Assembly (NCBI GenBank): GCA_963701785.1
Contig: CAVPBC010000002.1
Coordinates: 533,093-597,092 of the forward strand
DNA: 64,000 bases
Source of the DNA: an uncultured Bacteroidales bacterium
GTDB lineage: Bacteria > Bacteroidota > Bacteroidia > Bacteroidales > JAGOPY01
Direction of reading: 5' to 3'
Of this stretch, positions 1-10,938 are shown piece after piece (the first letter of the stretch is position 1; every line of letters starts with the position of its first letter). Made by a program: the position numbers and the translations under genes. Under the pieces are notes generated by a model. That model made no database searches and was not told the origin of the DNA. It saw only the letters and a program-made list of their open reading frames with translations.

Positions 1-288
1 TTCCTGACAACAAACGACATCACCGGTGGTAATTCAGGAAGCCCTGTGATAAACGGAAACGGCGAACTGATCGGCCTTGCTTTCGATGGAAACTGGGAAG
101 CCATGAGCGGTAATATTGCTTATGAGCCTAAACTCCAGCGTACCATCTGTGTCGACATCAGGTACGTGCTTTTCGTTATCGACAAATATGCCGGCGCACA
201 GAACCTGATCGATGAATTGACCTTCGCCCCGGTGAAGATTAAGATCCCGCGCGAAGTCAGTGCCCTCGAACCAGTTGAAGTAAAATAA
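1..288 (+). CDS. S46-family dipeptidyl-peptidase (DPP7/DPP11-like), C-terminal fragment; the 5' end lies outside the window
   Basis: Frame 1 is open from base 1 ([33 protein letters not shown]...). It carries the GGNSGSP serine-protease motif and a tail typical of S46 peptidases. Confidence 0.8.
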   Translation, partial: FLTTNDITGGNSGSPVINGNGELIGLAFDGNWEAMSGNIAYEPKLQRTICVDIRYVLFVIDKYAGAQNLIDELTFAPVKIKIPREVSALEPVEVK

Positions 289-314
289 ACAGGGAAAATA
301 TTTGAAATGTATTC

Positions 315-347
315 AGAGGCCGTCCTTCAGGATGGCCTCTTTTTTTT
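315..347 (+). terminator. Rho-independent terminator after the S46 peptidase gene
   Basis: Stem AGAGGCCGTCC / GGATGGCCTCT (one G.T pair) with a short loop, followed by T8, 27 nt after the stop codon. Confidence 0.7.
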
Positions 348-572
348 GGTGTAGATAAAACTATTCCTGGAGAATTTTCCATCCTGCGGTTTTGGCGAAC
401 CGGCATATTCATTCAAACAGGATGGGCAAAGACAACTGTCATAAAGGTTTTCTATCTCCTCCAGTTTATCCAGCGGAAGATAAACCTCATAGCACCAGCA
501 CTTGCCGGATTTGCTGCAGCTGAAAGGCTTTCCGCACTTAGGACAAACCGATGGTTCCTGGTCATTAGTCAT
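327..572 (-). CDS. Small cysteine-rich CWC-family protein
   Basis: An 81-aa ORF with the pattern CPKCG..CSKSGKCWC..CLCPSC. Its last codons run into the terminator A/T tract. Confidence 0.6.
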   Translation of the reverse strand: MTNDQEPSVCPKCGKPFSCSKSGKCWCYEVYLPLDKLEEIENLYDSCLCPSCLNEYAGSPKPQDGKFSRNSFIYTKKKRPS

Positions 573-921
573 TGGTCTTCATCTCAACACTCACCCTCTC
601 AACCTTCCCCCCCACCGGCGGATTCATCTTGGAGATCCTTATCCTGGCTTCAGTTATTTGCGGGAACTCACCGGTTAAACGGTCAAGTATCCGGCGGGCG
701 ACATGTTCCAGCAATTTGGATTTGACAGCCATCTCTTTCGCCACCAGGCCATACACTGCCTGGTAATTGACCGTCTTTGAAAGGTTATCGGTTATTTCCG
801 CTTCCGTGGTATCCGTTTCCATAAAAAGATCGACGATAAACCTTGTGCCGATGATTTGCTCCTCCTTGAAACACCCGTGGTAGGAAAAAAATTCCATGCC
901 TTCGATAGAGATGGTCCCCAT
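565..921 (-). CDS. folB: Dihydroneopterin aldolase
   Basis: A 118-aa ORF (IEGMEFFSYHGCFKEEQIIGTRFIVDL...TVNYQAVY) with FolB-like length and motifs. It abuts gltX. Confidence 0.8.
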   Translation of the reverse strand: MGTISIEGMEFFSYHGCFKEEQIIGTRFIVDLFMETDTTEAEITDNLSKTVNYQAVYGLVAKEMAVKSKLLEHVARRILDRLTGEFPQITEARIRISKMNPPVGGKVERVSVEMKTND

Positions 922-922
922 A

Positions 923-2471
923 TCAAACAGCTTTGTTAATTAAACCCTGTTCTGCCAGGTAATCCAGTGCCATGGTTATCCTCGAAATGACCTCATCCCT
1001 GCCGAGCATCTCGCAGATAAGCGACAGGTCAGGCCCGAAACTGCCGCCAACCAGGCAGAGCCTCAGCGGGTTCATTAACTGCCCCAAACCGGTGTTTTTT
1101 TCCAGGACAAATGTTTCAGCCAGGGCTTTTATATTTTCAGCCTGGAAATCGGAAAGGGACGGGAGAAGATCGCTAAAAGCCTCCAGTAAACCAGGCGTAT
1201 CTTCTTTCCACTTTTTTTTGACAATATCTGCATCGTAAGTTTGAGGCGACTGAAAAAAGAAAAATGACTGCTCCCAGAAATTGCTGACAAAATCTGAACG
1301 GTCTTTTACCAGTTCCACTATCTTGTCGATGAAGTCATCATCGGCCTCAATCCCTTTGCTCATAAGTATTTCCCTGTACAGGGACGTCAGTTCGGCAACA
1401 GGTTTTGTAACCAGGTATTGATGATTGAACCATTTTATCTTACCCGGATCAAAACGTGAGCCCGATTTACCCACGCGATCGATGGAAAATTCCTCGATCA
1501 GTTCTTCCATGGAAAAAATTTCCTTTTCGGTACCGGGATTCCAGCCCAGCAAAGCCAGCATGTTCACCACGGTCTCAGGAAAATAGCCTGACTCACGGTA
1601 ACCGGAGGATACCTCTTTGGTAAAAGGGTCCTGCCATTCCAGCGGGAATACAGGGAATCCCAGCCTGTCCCCGTCACGTTTGCTTAATTTTCCTGAGCCC
1701 TCAGGCTTGAGAATCAAAGGAAGATGCGCAAACAGTGGGGGCTGCCACCCAAAACTCCTGTAAAGCAGGATATGCAACGGCAGAGAAGGAAGCCACTCTT
1801 CCCCCCTGATCACATGGGATATGTCCATGAGATGGTCATCGACGATATTGGCCAGGTGATAGGTGGGCATTCCATCTGATTTGAACAGCACTTTATCGTC
1901 GAGCGTGGCGGTATTTACCGATAATTTCGCCGCGTATCAGGTCATGAAAGATGAGTGTTTCATTTTCCGGGATCCGGAAACGGATCACATACGGCTCACC
2001 GGAATGTAATCTTTGGTGGGTCTCTTCATGGGAAAGGGAAAGGGAATTCTTCATTCCCATCCTTACTGATGCATCATAAGTGAAGACCAGTTTCGCCTTT
2101 TCAGCCTCTTTTCGCCTGGCATCAAGCTCTTCAGCGGTATCGAAGCCGTAATAGGCATGCCCGCTGCTGATCAGCTCATCGGCATATTTCCGGTATATGT
2201 CCTTACGGTCAGACTGGCGGTAAGGCGCATATGGCCCCCCGACATGAACCCCCTCATCAAACTGGATGCCGGCCCAGTTCAGAGATTCGATGATATAATT
2301 CTCTGCCCCGGGCACATACCGGTTCTGGTCGGTGTCTTCTATCCGGAGGATCATCTTCCCGCCCGTATGACGGGCAAATAAATAATTATACAGGGCAGTC
2401 CTGACGCCGCCTATATGCAAGGGCCCGGTCGGACTGGGTGCAAAGCGCACCCTGACTTGATTCTTCATCAT
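923..2471 (-). pseudogene. gltX: Glutamate--tRNA ligase, one reading-frame break near 1915-1925
   Basis: ORF 1893-2471 gives the N-terminus ([22 protein letters not shown], class I HIGH). ORF 923-1891 continues with LFKSDGMPTYHLANIVDDH...KLSKRDG (KMSKS-like). [12 protein letters not shown] is readable in the shifted frame across the junction. Confidence 0.9.
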
Positions 2472-4442
2472 TATTCAACAACTAATTTTTTATTTATCAG
2501 GTAGGTTCCATCTGAAATGGAAACCAGGTAAACACCTCCGGGAAGATCGCTTACATCGATCATTTTGTGTGTGGTTTCCATAGATTCCTCGAGGATCCTG
2601 CGGCCGGTAAGATCGGATACTATCAGTGTAACAGATTTGTTGGGACGATGCGTGAAGAACAGGTTTAACCGGTCTGTCGCCGGATTCGGTCCGATGGTGA
2701 AATGCAATGGGTTTTCGGTATCTTCCAATCCCACGGAAAGACTGTTGAGCCTGTGAAGGATCCATTGTTCCGGATCCAGTTCAATACTTTCAATGATCTT
2801 GGAAACCGGGATCACATATGAATTCAGATTGGCATCCTGGTATAATAAAATCGTTGTATCAGTGCCATCATTAAAATTCAACTGGTAAGGAACTGTCATT
2901 TTGAACAGCATGGTCACACTGGTGGATGTAGTTTGAGTGGAGGTCAGATAGAGGTTGTTTCCGCCCTGGTGCCAGGTTACATCAAATATCGGGTAACCTT
3001 CGCCGTAATACCATTGATTGAAGAAATCCGTAAAATCCTTGCCGGAAACGGCCTCAAGCCATTCCCTGAAATCGTCGCCGGTGGCCACAGAATCACCGTA
3101 TTCTTCAACATAAGTTGCCAGGACATCAAAAAACATCTCATCATCCTGCAGTTCAAACCGTATCATATGCAACAGCAAAGCACCTTTGCTGTATGATAAC
3201 CGCCCGTCGAAAATGCGCCAGATGTCGCCAAGTTGATCAGGCGGGACATAAACACTCCCGCCCGGCTGGGCTCTTGACCTGGTCATGACGGATCTTTAAC
3301 CAGAGTGAATCGTAATAAGGCGTGCTTAGAAAAGAATGGGCAAGATAATCGGAATACGTGGCAAAGCCCTCATTGATCCAGATATCGCTCCAGGTGGCAC
3401 AGGTAACCTTATCACCGAACCACATGTGCCCCAGTTCATGTGCGACGATGCCAAAGCCGAATCCACCGATGGTGGTCATGGTCTGGTGTTCCATGCCTCC
3501 ACCCAGTTCGGTCAGGCAATGGCCGTATTTTTCATCAATGAAAGGGTACATGCCGAACAGATTGGAGAATAATTCAACGAAGTCAGCCGTCTGGTCAATA
3601 CCGTTCTGGTTATTTGGAAGGCAATCGGGATGATCATAGATAAAATTCTGGATCAATACGGAATCCTCCGTGCCGTCAGGATAGGCATACAGGTTATATT
3701 CCTGGTAATCTGCTACGGCAAAAGAGATCAGGTAATAATCAATGGGGTAATTGCTTTTCCATTCATAACGGACCTTGCCGTTGGGCATGGTGGTAATTCC
3801 GGTCAGTAAACCCTGTGAACCGGCTTTATTTTCAGGGCTGGTCGTAAGAAAAACCCATACCGAGTCTGCTTTATCATGAAGGTCTTGCTTGGTTGGCCAC
3901 CAGTCTTTTGCCGCGTAAGGTTCCGAAAGTGTCCAGGTTACATTTTTCTGGTATTGAGGTGAGTAATCGGTCGTGATACCGGAGAAAAACCCACCCGATG
4001 GCGGGGTCCCATGATAACAGATCTTTACGGAAAATAGTGTTCCCTGGGGAATGGGTGATGTTAAAGGAACAATCCCCAAACCATCGTAGTGCTGAAATGC
4101 ATGCTGTATACCGTTTACAAAAACCGTATCGATGGTCATCTCTGAATTCAGGTCAAAAGCAAATGTGTCAAGCGGATTAACCGAAGCAGTTGCTTTTATG
4201 GTCACATCCCCGCTCACGTAAATGCTATTATTCTCCACATTCAGGTCCAGGAAATAAAAGTTGACATCGTATTTATCCAGGAGGGAATTGGTGATCAAAG
4301 GCGAATGGTATTGTTTGAGCTGGTGTTCGCAGGATTTGATATGATGACAATAATTATCATCAAAAGAAACCGGGACATTGTATTGTGCAATGGCCTGTAT
4401 GACTGATATGACCAGTGAAAGAGAGAATATGAGCTGTTTCAT
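2471..4442 (-). pseudogene. M1-family zinc aminopeptidase with T9SS C-terminal sorting domain, one frame break near 3265-3290
   Basis: ORF 3237-4442 has a signal peptide and HELGHMWFGD...WINEGFATY (HExxH+E). ORF 2471-3286 continues with YSKGALLLHMIRF and ends in a T9SS-type CTD (GPNPATDRLNLFF...GVYLVSISDG..KKLVVE). Confidence 0.85.
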
Positions 4443-4569
4443 GCCGGAATTTTATTTGAGATGCCGGAAAGGCGGCGAAAACTATGACTAACTTTGTCTG
4501 AGCGAACAAAGATAATATTTATTTGTTTTGTTTCGTTAGAAGGTAGAACCTTTGGACCTATTAAAACCC

Positions 4570-7500
4570 ATGGCAACAGATAATTACGGTATTCTGATCG
4601 GGAAACTTGACGAATTCATCCGGAAATATTATAAAAACCGGCTGATCAGGGGTGGTATATTCTTTTATTGCCTTGCTGACCATATTCTTCCTGGTCATTA
4701 CCCTCACCGAGTTCTTCGGGCGCTTTAACACCACCACAAGGACCGTCATTTTCTATTCCTTTATTGGTTTTAACGCATTGATAATGTGGCGCTTAATAAT
4801 AGTTCCGATCTTTAAGCTGCTAAGGTTAGGAAAGGTGATTAGCCATGAGGAAGCTGCTGAAATTATCGGCACTCATTTCCCGGAGATAAGTGACAAACTA
4901 CTCAATACGCTCCAGCTGAAAGCATTGCAGGATGAGCACAGACCGGAAATACCCGCCGACCTGATAAAAGCCGGAATCGACCAGAAAATTAACAGGCTTC
5001 GTCCGGTCCCTTTTACCCTCGCCATCGAGTTGAGACAAAACCTGCGGTATCTGAAGTACGCCCTTCCGCCAGTCATCATCATAATCCTCATCCTCATCCT
5101 TTCTCCCCGGGTCATTACAGAACCTTCGGAGAGGCTTGTTAAATTTCAGACGGTCTATACCCCGCCTGCTCCCTTTCACTATAACAGTGCTGAACGAGAA
5201 GATGGAGACATTTCAGCAGGAGGATTTTTTACTTGAGATCAAAGTTGAGGGCGATGAATTACCTTCTGACCTGTTCCTTGAAATGGGCGGAATCCAGTAC
5301 CGGATGGAAAAGAAAAGTCCCGTTTTGTTTCACTATAAATTTCGGAACGTCCAGGAAACAAAGCGGTTCATCGTCCTGAACGATCTTTTCAGATCGGCTC
5401 AGTTTGAGCTCCTTGTTTTCCCCAGGCCCATCGTACTTGGTTTTGAGGTTTCACTTGATTATCCTTCTTACACGGGAAAGCAGGATGAAACGATTGAAAA
5501 TACCGGCGATATGATCGTACCCCTTGGGACCCTGTTAACCTGGAAGATATTTACAAGGGACACACGGAGCATTTTCTTCCGCTGGGGAGATGCCATGCAG
5601 GAACTTGAAAATGAATCGACAAATACATTTTCTTTTTCAGATCGTGCCCTAACAAGCAAGGCTTATGCCGTTATACCTGCGAATGAATTTCTGCGGAATG
5701 CTGATTCGCTTTCCTATACAGTAAGTGTCATACCGGATAATTACCCGGCTATTACAATAGACCAGGTGAGGGACTCCATCTTCGATAAAAGGATTTATTT
5801 CAGGGGATTGATCAAGGATGATTATGGATTCAGCAAGCTAACCTTTAATTATCAGGTTGATCAGGAAGGATTATCGACCGGGGAACCTGCTGCTGAGATG
5901 ATCGTCGAATTGCCTGTCAGCAAGCTTAGCAACCAGCAGCAATTCTTTCATTTTTTCGAGCTTGATTCGATCAGCATAGAACCCGGGGACCAGATCGTTT
6001 ATCATTTTGAGGTCTGGGATAATGACGGGGTGAACGGGAGCAAAGTGACACGGTCACAACCGATGATTTTCAGGGCGCCAACATTGGATGAAATTGAAGA
6101 AAAGACAGAAGAAGACAATGAAAAGATAATGGATGACCTGGAGCGAAGCATCCAGGAAGCCAAAGACCTGCAAAAAAAAGCGGAAGAGTTGAGCAGGAAA
6201 TTGATCGATAAGGAAAACATCGGCTGGCAGGAAAAGCAGCAACTGCAGGATTTACTGGATGACCAGAAGCAGCTCCAGGAAAGAATTGAAAAGATCCAGA
6301 AAGAGAACCAGGTTAAATCACTGCAGGAACAGCAGTACAAAGAGATCGACGAAGAGCTGGTCAGGAAGCAGGAAAGGCTGGAAGAGTTATTTGATGAGAT
6401 CATGACCGAGGAGATGAAAAAAATGTTTGAAGAATTGCAGAAACTGCTGGAAGAAGTTGATAAGGACAAGGTAAATGAAATGCTGGAGAAAATGCAGACG
6501 GATAACAAGGACCTTGAAAAGCAACTTGACCGCAACCTGGAATTGTTCAAACAGCTTGAATTTGAAAAGAAACTACAGGAGTCAATTGATAAGTTGAAGG
6601 AACTTTCTGAAAAGCAGGATGAACTGGCGGCAAAGAGTGAAGAGAAGAATGCTGACGCGGAAAAATTAAAAGAAGAGCAGGATAAGCTAAATGATGAATT
6701 CAACCAGTTGCGTGACGATCTGAATGCGCTGGAGGAGAAGAACAAAGAGCTGGAAGAGCCGAATAAAATGGAAAACACCGACCAGGCGGAGGAAGAGATC
6801 CAGGAACAGATGGAGGAGGGATCGGAACAGCTTGAACAGGGTAAGCCTTCAAAAGCGGCTCCTTCTCAGCAAAATGCATCAGATGGTATGAAATCATTGG
6901 CCGGTAAGATGGAACAAATGCAGGGCGAAATGTATTCTGAGGAGATGGGCGAAAATATTGAGGATTTGCGCGAAATCCTTGAAAACCTGATTCAATTATC
7001 TTTTGACCAGGAAGATCTTATTGCCAGAACAAGGGAAACCTCTGTTATGGATCCGCAATTCCCATCGGTAATAGAAGCCCAGAACAGGATCAAGGATGAC
7101 CTGGTGATGGTTGAAGATTCCCTCTGGGCATTGAGTAAGAGGCAGCAGATGATCGAACCCTTCATTACAAGGGAGATACAGGATATAAACCACCATGTTG
7201 ACATAGCCCTGGAGGAATTGACGGAAAGAAGGAAGGGGACTGCCGGTGAAAACCAGCAGTATGTCATGACTTCCGTGAATGACCTGGCGCTTCTGTTATC
7301 CGAGACCCTGGAACAGATGATGTCTACCATGCAGATGCAATGTTCCGGGCAGTGTAAAAAAGGCAGCCCCAAGCCGGGTAAAGGTTCTACCTCCGTGAAA
7401 AGCATGCGGGAGATGCAGCAACAGCTCAACCAGCAAATACAGCAGATGAAGGAAAGTGGCAAGACCCCCTCAAAAGCTAAGGACAGCCGGAATTCAGCCA

Positions 7501-7928
7501 ATAGTGAGGGTTTCGCCAGGATGGCCGCACAGCAGGAAGCCATAAGGCGAATGATGGAGCAGTACCAGGGCCAGATGAAAGAACAGGGTATGGGAAACAG
7601 CAAGGAATTAAAGGAAATGATGGACCAGATGGAGATAACCGAAACCGAGCTGGTCAACAAGATTATTACACAGCAAACGATGGAAAGGTTAAAAGAAATC
7701 GAAACCAGGCTGTTGAAGCATGAGAAAGCTGATCTGAAACGCGAACAGGAAGAAAAAAGAGAATCCAGGGAAGGAAAAGATATGAACAATAGAAACCCTG
7801 AAGATTTTTTGGAGTATAACAAATTACAGGATAAAGAAATTGAATTATTGAGGACGGTACCTCCAAATCTTCGACCATATTATAAGGAAAAAGTGAACCA
7901 GTACTTTTACCAGTTTGAGTTACGTTAG
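4570..7928 (+). pseudogene. DUF4175-like large membrane-anchored coiled-coil protein, two frame breaks (about 4650 and 5165-5180)
   Basis: ATG at 4570 gives MATDNYGILIGKLDEFIRKYYKNRLIRG. ORF 4652-5236 gives TM helices. ORF 5136-7928 gives a very long E/K/Q-rich coiled coil. The family name is from memory of this N-terminal motif. Confidence 0.65.
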
Positions 7929-7931
7929 CAG

Positions 7932-8414
7932 ATGAATAAGCGCAAAGAGATCAATATTGAATCAACACCCGATGAAATGTTCCGGGTAGAGCAGTTTGCA
8001 GAAGAGATCAGCGATGAATATCTTTTATACGGCAATTATTACGGAAACATACTCATGGCCTTAACGGAAGCGGTAAAGAATGCGATCATTCACGGCAACA
8101 AACTTGACCGGCGAAAGCATGTCAGGATTATGCAGGAGAGCACAAAAGAGGGACTTTGGGTCAGTGTATCTGACGAAGGGGAAGGATTTGATCATCATCT
8201 TTACAATAGGGACCAGGGCCTGAGTTTGGAATCCGGCGAAGATAAGAATGGCCTGTTATTGATCTATAAACTTGCTGACGAAGTCAGTTTTAAGAATAAT
8301 GGCAGCACAATAAAGATGCTGTTCAGGATCAATGGAATAGATGATAGTATTTTTGAAAGAAGGGTGGCTTTTATGCAGGATTTTTTACGTGTATATCAAC
8401 GATTAAGCTCCTGA
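7932..8414 (+). CDS. HATPase_c-like ATP-binding protein (anti-sigma/RsbW-like fold)
   Basis: A 160-aa ORF with an N-box-like EAVKNAIIHGN and a G1-box-like SDEGEGFD. Confidence 0.6.
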   Translation: MNKRKEINIESTPDEMFRVEQFAEEISDEYLLYGNYYGNILMALTEAVKNAIIHGNKLDRRKHVRIMQESTKEGLWVSVSDEGEGFDHHLYNRDQGLSLESGEDKNGLLLIYKLADEVSFKNNGSTIKMLFRINGIDDSIFERRVAFMQDFLRVYQRLSS

Positions 8415-8427
8415 TAGTTTCATGTAA

Positions 8428-8865
8428 ATGGCTGAAGAACAAAAAATATATTTTTTTCTTGAGGAGGTTAGTTATAACCTGAAGCAAAAGCGTAAGATCC
8501 GGGAATGGATTATTAAATCAGTTGAAAATGAGGACTTTACAGTTGGGGTTCTGAATTACATCCTTACAAATGATAGTGTTTTAGTTCAATTAAATAAGGA
8601 ATATTTACGTCACTTTACCCTTACTGATATTATCACCTTTGACTTATCTGAAAATAAGGGAGAATTATCAGGAGATATTTACATTAGCGTCGACAGGGCC
8701 AGGGAGAATGCCAGGGAATTTAAAGTGACGTTAAACAATGAAATTAACAGGTTAATGATCCATGGAGTGCTTCATTTAATGGGTTATAAGGATAAGTCGA
8801 AGGAAGAGAGGGATCTGATGAGGTCCAGGGAGGAATTTTACCTATCTTTGCCGCCATGGTCGTGA
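8428..8865 (+). CDS. ybeY: rRNA maturation endoribonuclease YbeY
   Basis: A 145-aa ORF with the HGVLHLMGYKD metal-binding motif (HxxxHxxGxxH type). Confidence 0.85.
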   Translation: MAEEQKIYFFLEEVSYNLKQKRKIREWIIKSVENEDFTVGVLNYILTNDSVLVQLNKEYLRHFTLTDIITFDLSENKGELSGDIYISVDRARENAREFKVTLNNEINRLMIHGVLHLMGYKDKSKEERDLMRSREEFYLSLPPWS

Positions 8866-8868
8866 AAT

Positions 8869-8882
8869 GTTCCACGTGGAAC
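8869..8882. repeat. Perfect 14-bp palindrome GTTCCACGTGGAAC, 3 nt after the ybeY stop
   Basis: Read directly. An identical copy lies at 10788-10801 and a variant TTTCCACGTGGAAA at 39191-39204. Confidence 0.9.
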
Positions 8883-8913
8883 AAAATCTGAAATTTTCCA
8901 TCAAACAGGATAG

Positions 8914-10785
8914 ATGTTTAAAGAATACGATATTATCGTCGTAGGTGCAGGCCATGCCGGATGTGAAGCTGCTGCCGCTGCTGCTAACCTGGGATCTTCG
9001 GTTTTACTGGTTACCATGAACATGACCAATATGGCCCAGATGTCGTGCAATCCTGCCATGGGTGGAATAGCCAAAGGACAGATCGTGCGTGAAATTGATG
9101 CACTGGGAGGTTATTCAGGAATTGTAACCGACCGGACCATGATACAGTTCCGGATGCTTAACATGTCGAAAGGGCCTGCCATGTGGAGTCCAAGGGCCCA
9201 GAGCGACCGCATGCTATTTTCCCAGGAATGGCGGAAAATGCTCGAGAATACACCCAATCTCGATTTCTGGCAGGATATGGTTACCGGTGTAACCGTAGAA
9301 AATGGAAAGGTTAATGGAGTCCTTACATCTATGGGACATCATATCCCCTGCAAAGCAGTTGTTTTAACAAACGGCACATTTCTGAACGGGGTTATTCATA
9401 TCGGGCTTAAACAGTTTGGAGGTGGAAGGATCGGGGAAAAAGCCGCAAAAGGATTGACGGAGTGTTTAATCGAGCTTGGATTTGAATCGGACAGAATGAA
9501 GACGGGTACCCCGGTCAGGGTCGACGGAAGATCGATAGATTTCAGCAAACTGGAAGAGCAAAAAGGAGATGATATTCCACGGAAATTTTCATTTACGGAT
9601 ACGCCACCTTTAAAAAAGCAACGAAGTTGCTTTATAGCATATACAAACCTTCAGGTGCATGACATGCTACGGACGGGATTTGATGAATCACCTATGTTTA
9701 CCGGAAAGATAGAGGGGATCGGTCCGAGATATTGCCCGTCGATTGAGGATAAGATCGACCGTTTTGCCGGTAAGGATAGTCACCAGCTTTTTGTGGAACC
9801 GGAGGGCTGGGATACGGTCGAATATTATATCAACGGCTTTTCTTCATCCCTTCCTGATCATGTCCAGTTCAATGCCTTGAGAAAAATAACCGGATTTGAA
9901 AACGCGCGTATTTTCAGACCGGGTTATGCCATAGAATATGACTATTTCCCACCGGTACAGCTCACCTATACGCTCGAAACAAAACTGGTTGGAAACCTTT
10001 ATTTTGCCGGGCAGATAAACGGGACAACAGGCTATGAGGAAGCCGCTGCGCAGGGAATTATGGCCGGTATCAATGCGCATCTGAAAGTTAAAGGTAATGA
10101 GGAATTTATTCTCAAAAGGTCTGACGCCTATATCGGTGTCCTGATCGACGACCTCATCACCAAAGGAGTCGATGAGCCATACCGCATGTTCACTTCCAGG
10201 GCAGAGTACCGTATTTTACTTCGGCAAAATAATGCCGACCAGCGACTTACACCTTTATCCCACCGTATCGGCCTGGCATCTGACGACCGGATGAAAGCTG
10301 TTATAGAGAAAAGTGAAAAAATTGCAAGTGTTGTCCGTTACCTGAAAAAGATCAGTGTCGAACCGGATATGATCAACGGTTACCTTGAAGCATCACAAAC
10401 TGCCACCATTCAGCAGAAAATGAAAATATCAGCCCTGCTCCTCCGGCCCCAGATTAGCCTGCAAGGTTTGGCAGAACATCTCCCCGGCCTTCGGAACCAC
10501 CTGGATGCAATACAGCCAGAACAGGAAGACATCCTGGAAGAAGCTGAAATCCTGATTAAGTATGAAGGGTACATTCAAAAGGAAGGAGAGCTGGCCCAAA
10601 AACTTGAACGACTGGATTCAGTTACACTCAAAGAAAATTTTGATTACCATAAATTAAAAGCTCTTTCTTTTGAGGCCCGGGAAAAACTCAGCAGGATCAA
10701 ACCTCGTTCACTGGGACAGGCATCCAGGATTGCAGGCGTTTCACCGGCCGATATTTCCATCCTGATCGTCCACCTCGGAAGATAA
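8914..10785 (+). CDS. mnmG: tRNA uridine 5-carboxymethylaminomethyl modification enzyme MnmG (GidA)
   Basis: A 623-aa ORF with an FAD-binding N-terminus ([15 protein letters not shown]), then [11 protein letters not shown] and [19 protein letters not shown]. Confidence 0.95.
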   Translation: MFKEYDIIVVGAGHAGCEAAAAAANLGSSVLLVTMNMTNMAQMSCNPAMGGIAKGQIVREIDALGGYSGIVTDRTMIQFRMLNMSKGPAMWSPRAQSDRMLFSQEWRKMLENTPNLDFWQDMVTGVTVENGKVNGVLTSMGHHIPCKAVVLTNGTFLNGVIHIGLKQFGGGRIGEKAAKGLTECLIELGFESDRMKTGTPVRVDGRSIDFSKLEEQKGDDIPRKFSFTDTPPLKKQRSCFIAYTNLQVHDMLRTGFDESPMFTGKIEGIGPRYCPSIEDKIDRFAGKDSHQLFVEPEGWDTVEYYINGFSSSLPDHVQFNALRKITGFENARIFRPGYAIEYDYFPPVQLTYTLETKLVGNLYFAGQINGTTGYEEAAAQGIMAGINAHLKVKGNEEFILKRSDAYIGVLIDDLITKGVDEPYRMFTSRAEYRILLRQNNADQRLTPLSHRIGLASDDRMKAVIEKSEKIASVVRYLKKISVEPDMINGYLEASQTATIQQKMKISALLLRPQISLQGLAEHLPGLRNHLDAIQPEQEDILEEAEILIKYEGYIQKEGELAQKLERLDSVTLKENFDYHKLKALSFEAREKLSRIKPRSLGQASRIAGVSPADISILIVHLGR

Positions 10786-10787
10786 AA

Positions 10788-10801
10788 GTTCCACGTGGAA
10801 C
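10788..10801. repeat. Perfect 14-bp palindrome GTTCCACGTGGAAC, 2 nt after the mnmG stop
   Basis: Read directly; identical to 8869-8882. Confidence 0.9.
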
Positions 10802-10938
10802 AATTACTGGCATGATTTTTATCCTGTACTAAAAATACTTAATTTTAAGCCTTCTGGTAAACCAGGAGGGGAAATTGATATTCAGGTTGTCTTTTTCAAA
10901 AAAATGCGTCAGGAAGCCTCTAATAAAGCTGCTTTTAA

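Noticed and set aside
4561-4749. A 62-aa minus-strand ORF at the start of the DUF4175-like gene
   Set aside because: It lies antisense to the conserved N-terminus (MATDNYGILIGKLDEFIRKYYKN...) and the TM region of the plus-strand gene, and has no recognisable features.
6002-6778. A 258-aa Ser/Cys/Phe-rich ORF antisense to the coiled-coil gene (also 6992-7822 and others)
   Set aside because: It is the mirror image of GAA/AAG/CAG-rich codons of the E/K/Q coiled coil, has low complexity and no start context. It is a typical antisense artefact.
8869-8882. GTTCCACGTGGAAC palindromes as intrinsic terminators of ybeY and mnmG
   Set aside because: A loop-less 7-bp palindrome allows at most a 5-bp stem, and neither copy is followed by a T-tract. 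It is kept as a motif of unknown function instead.
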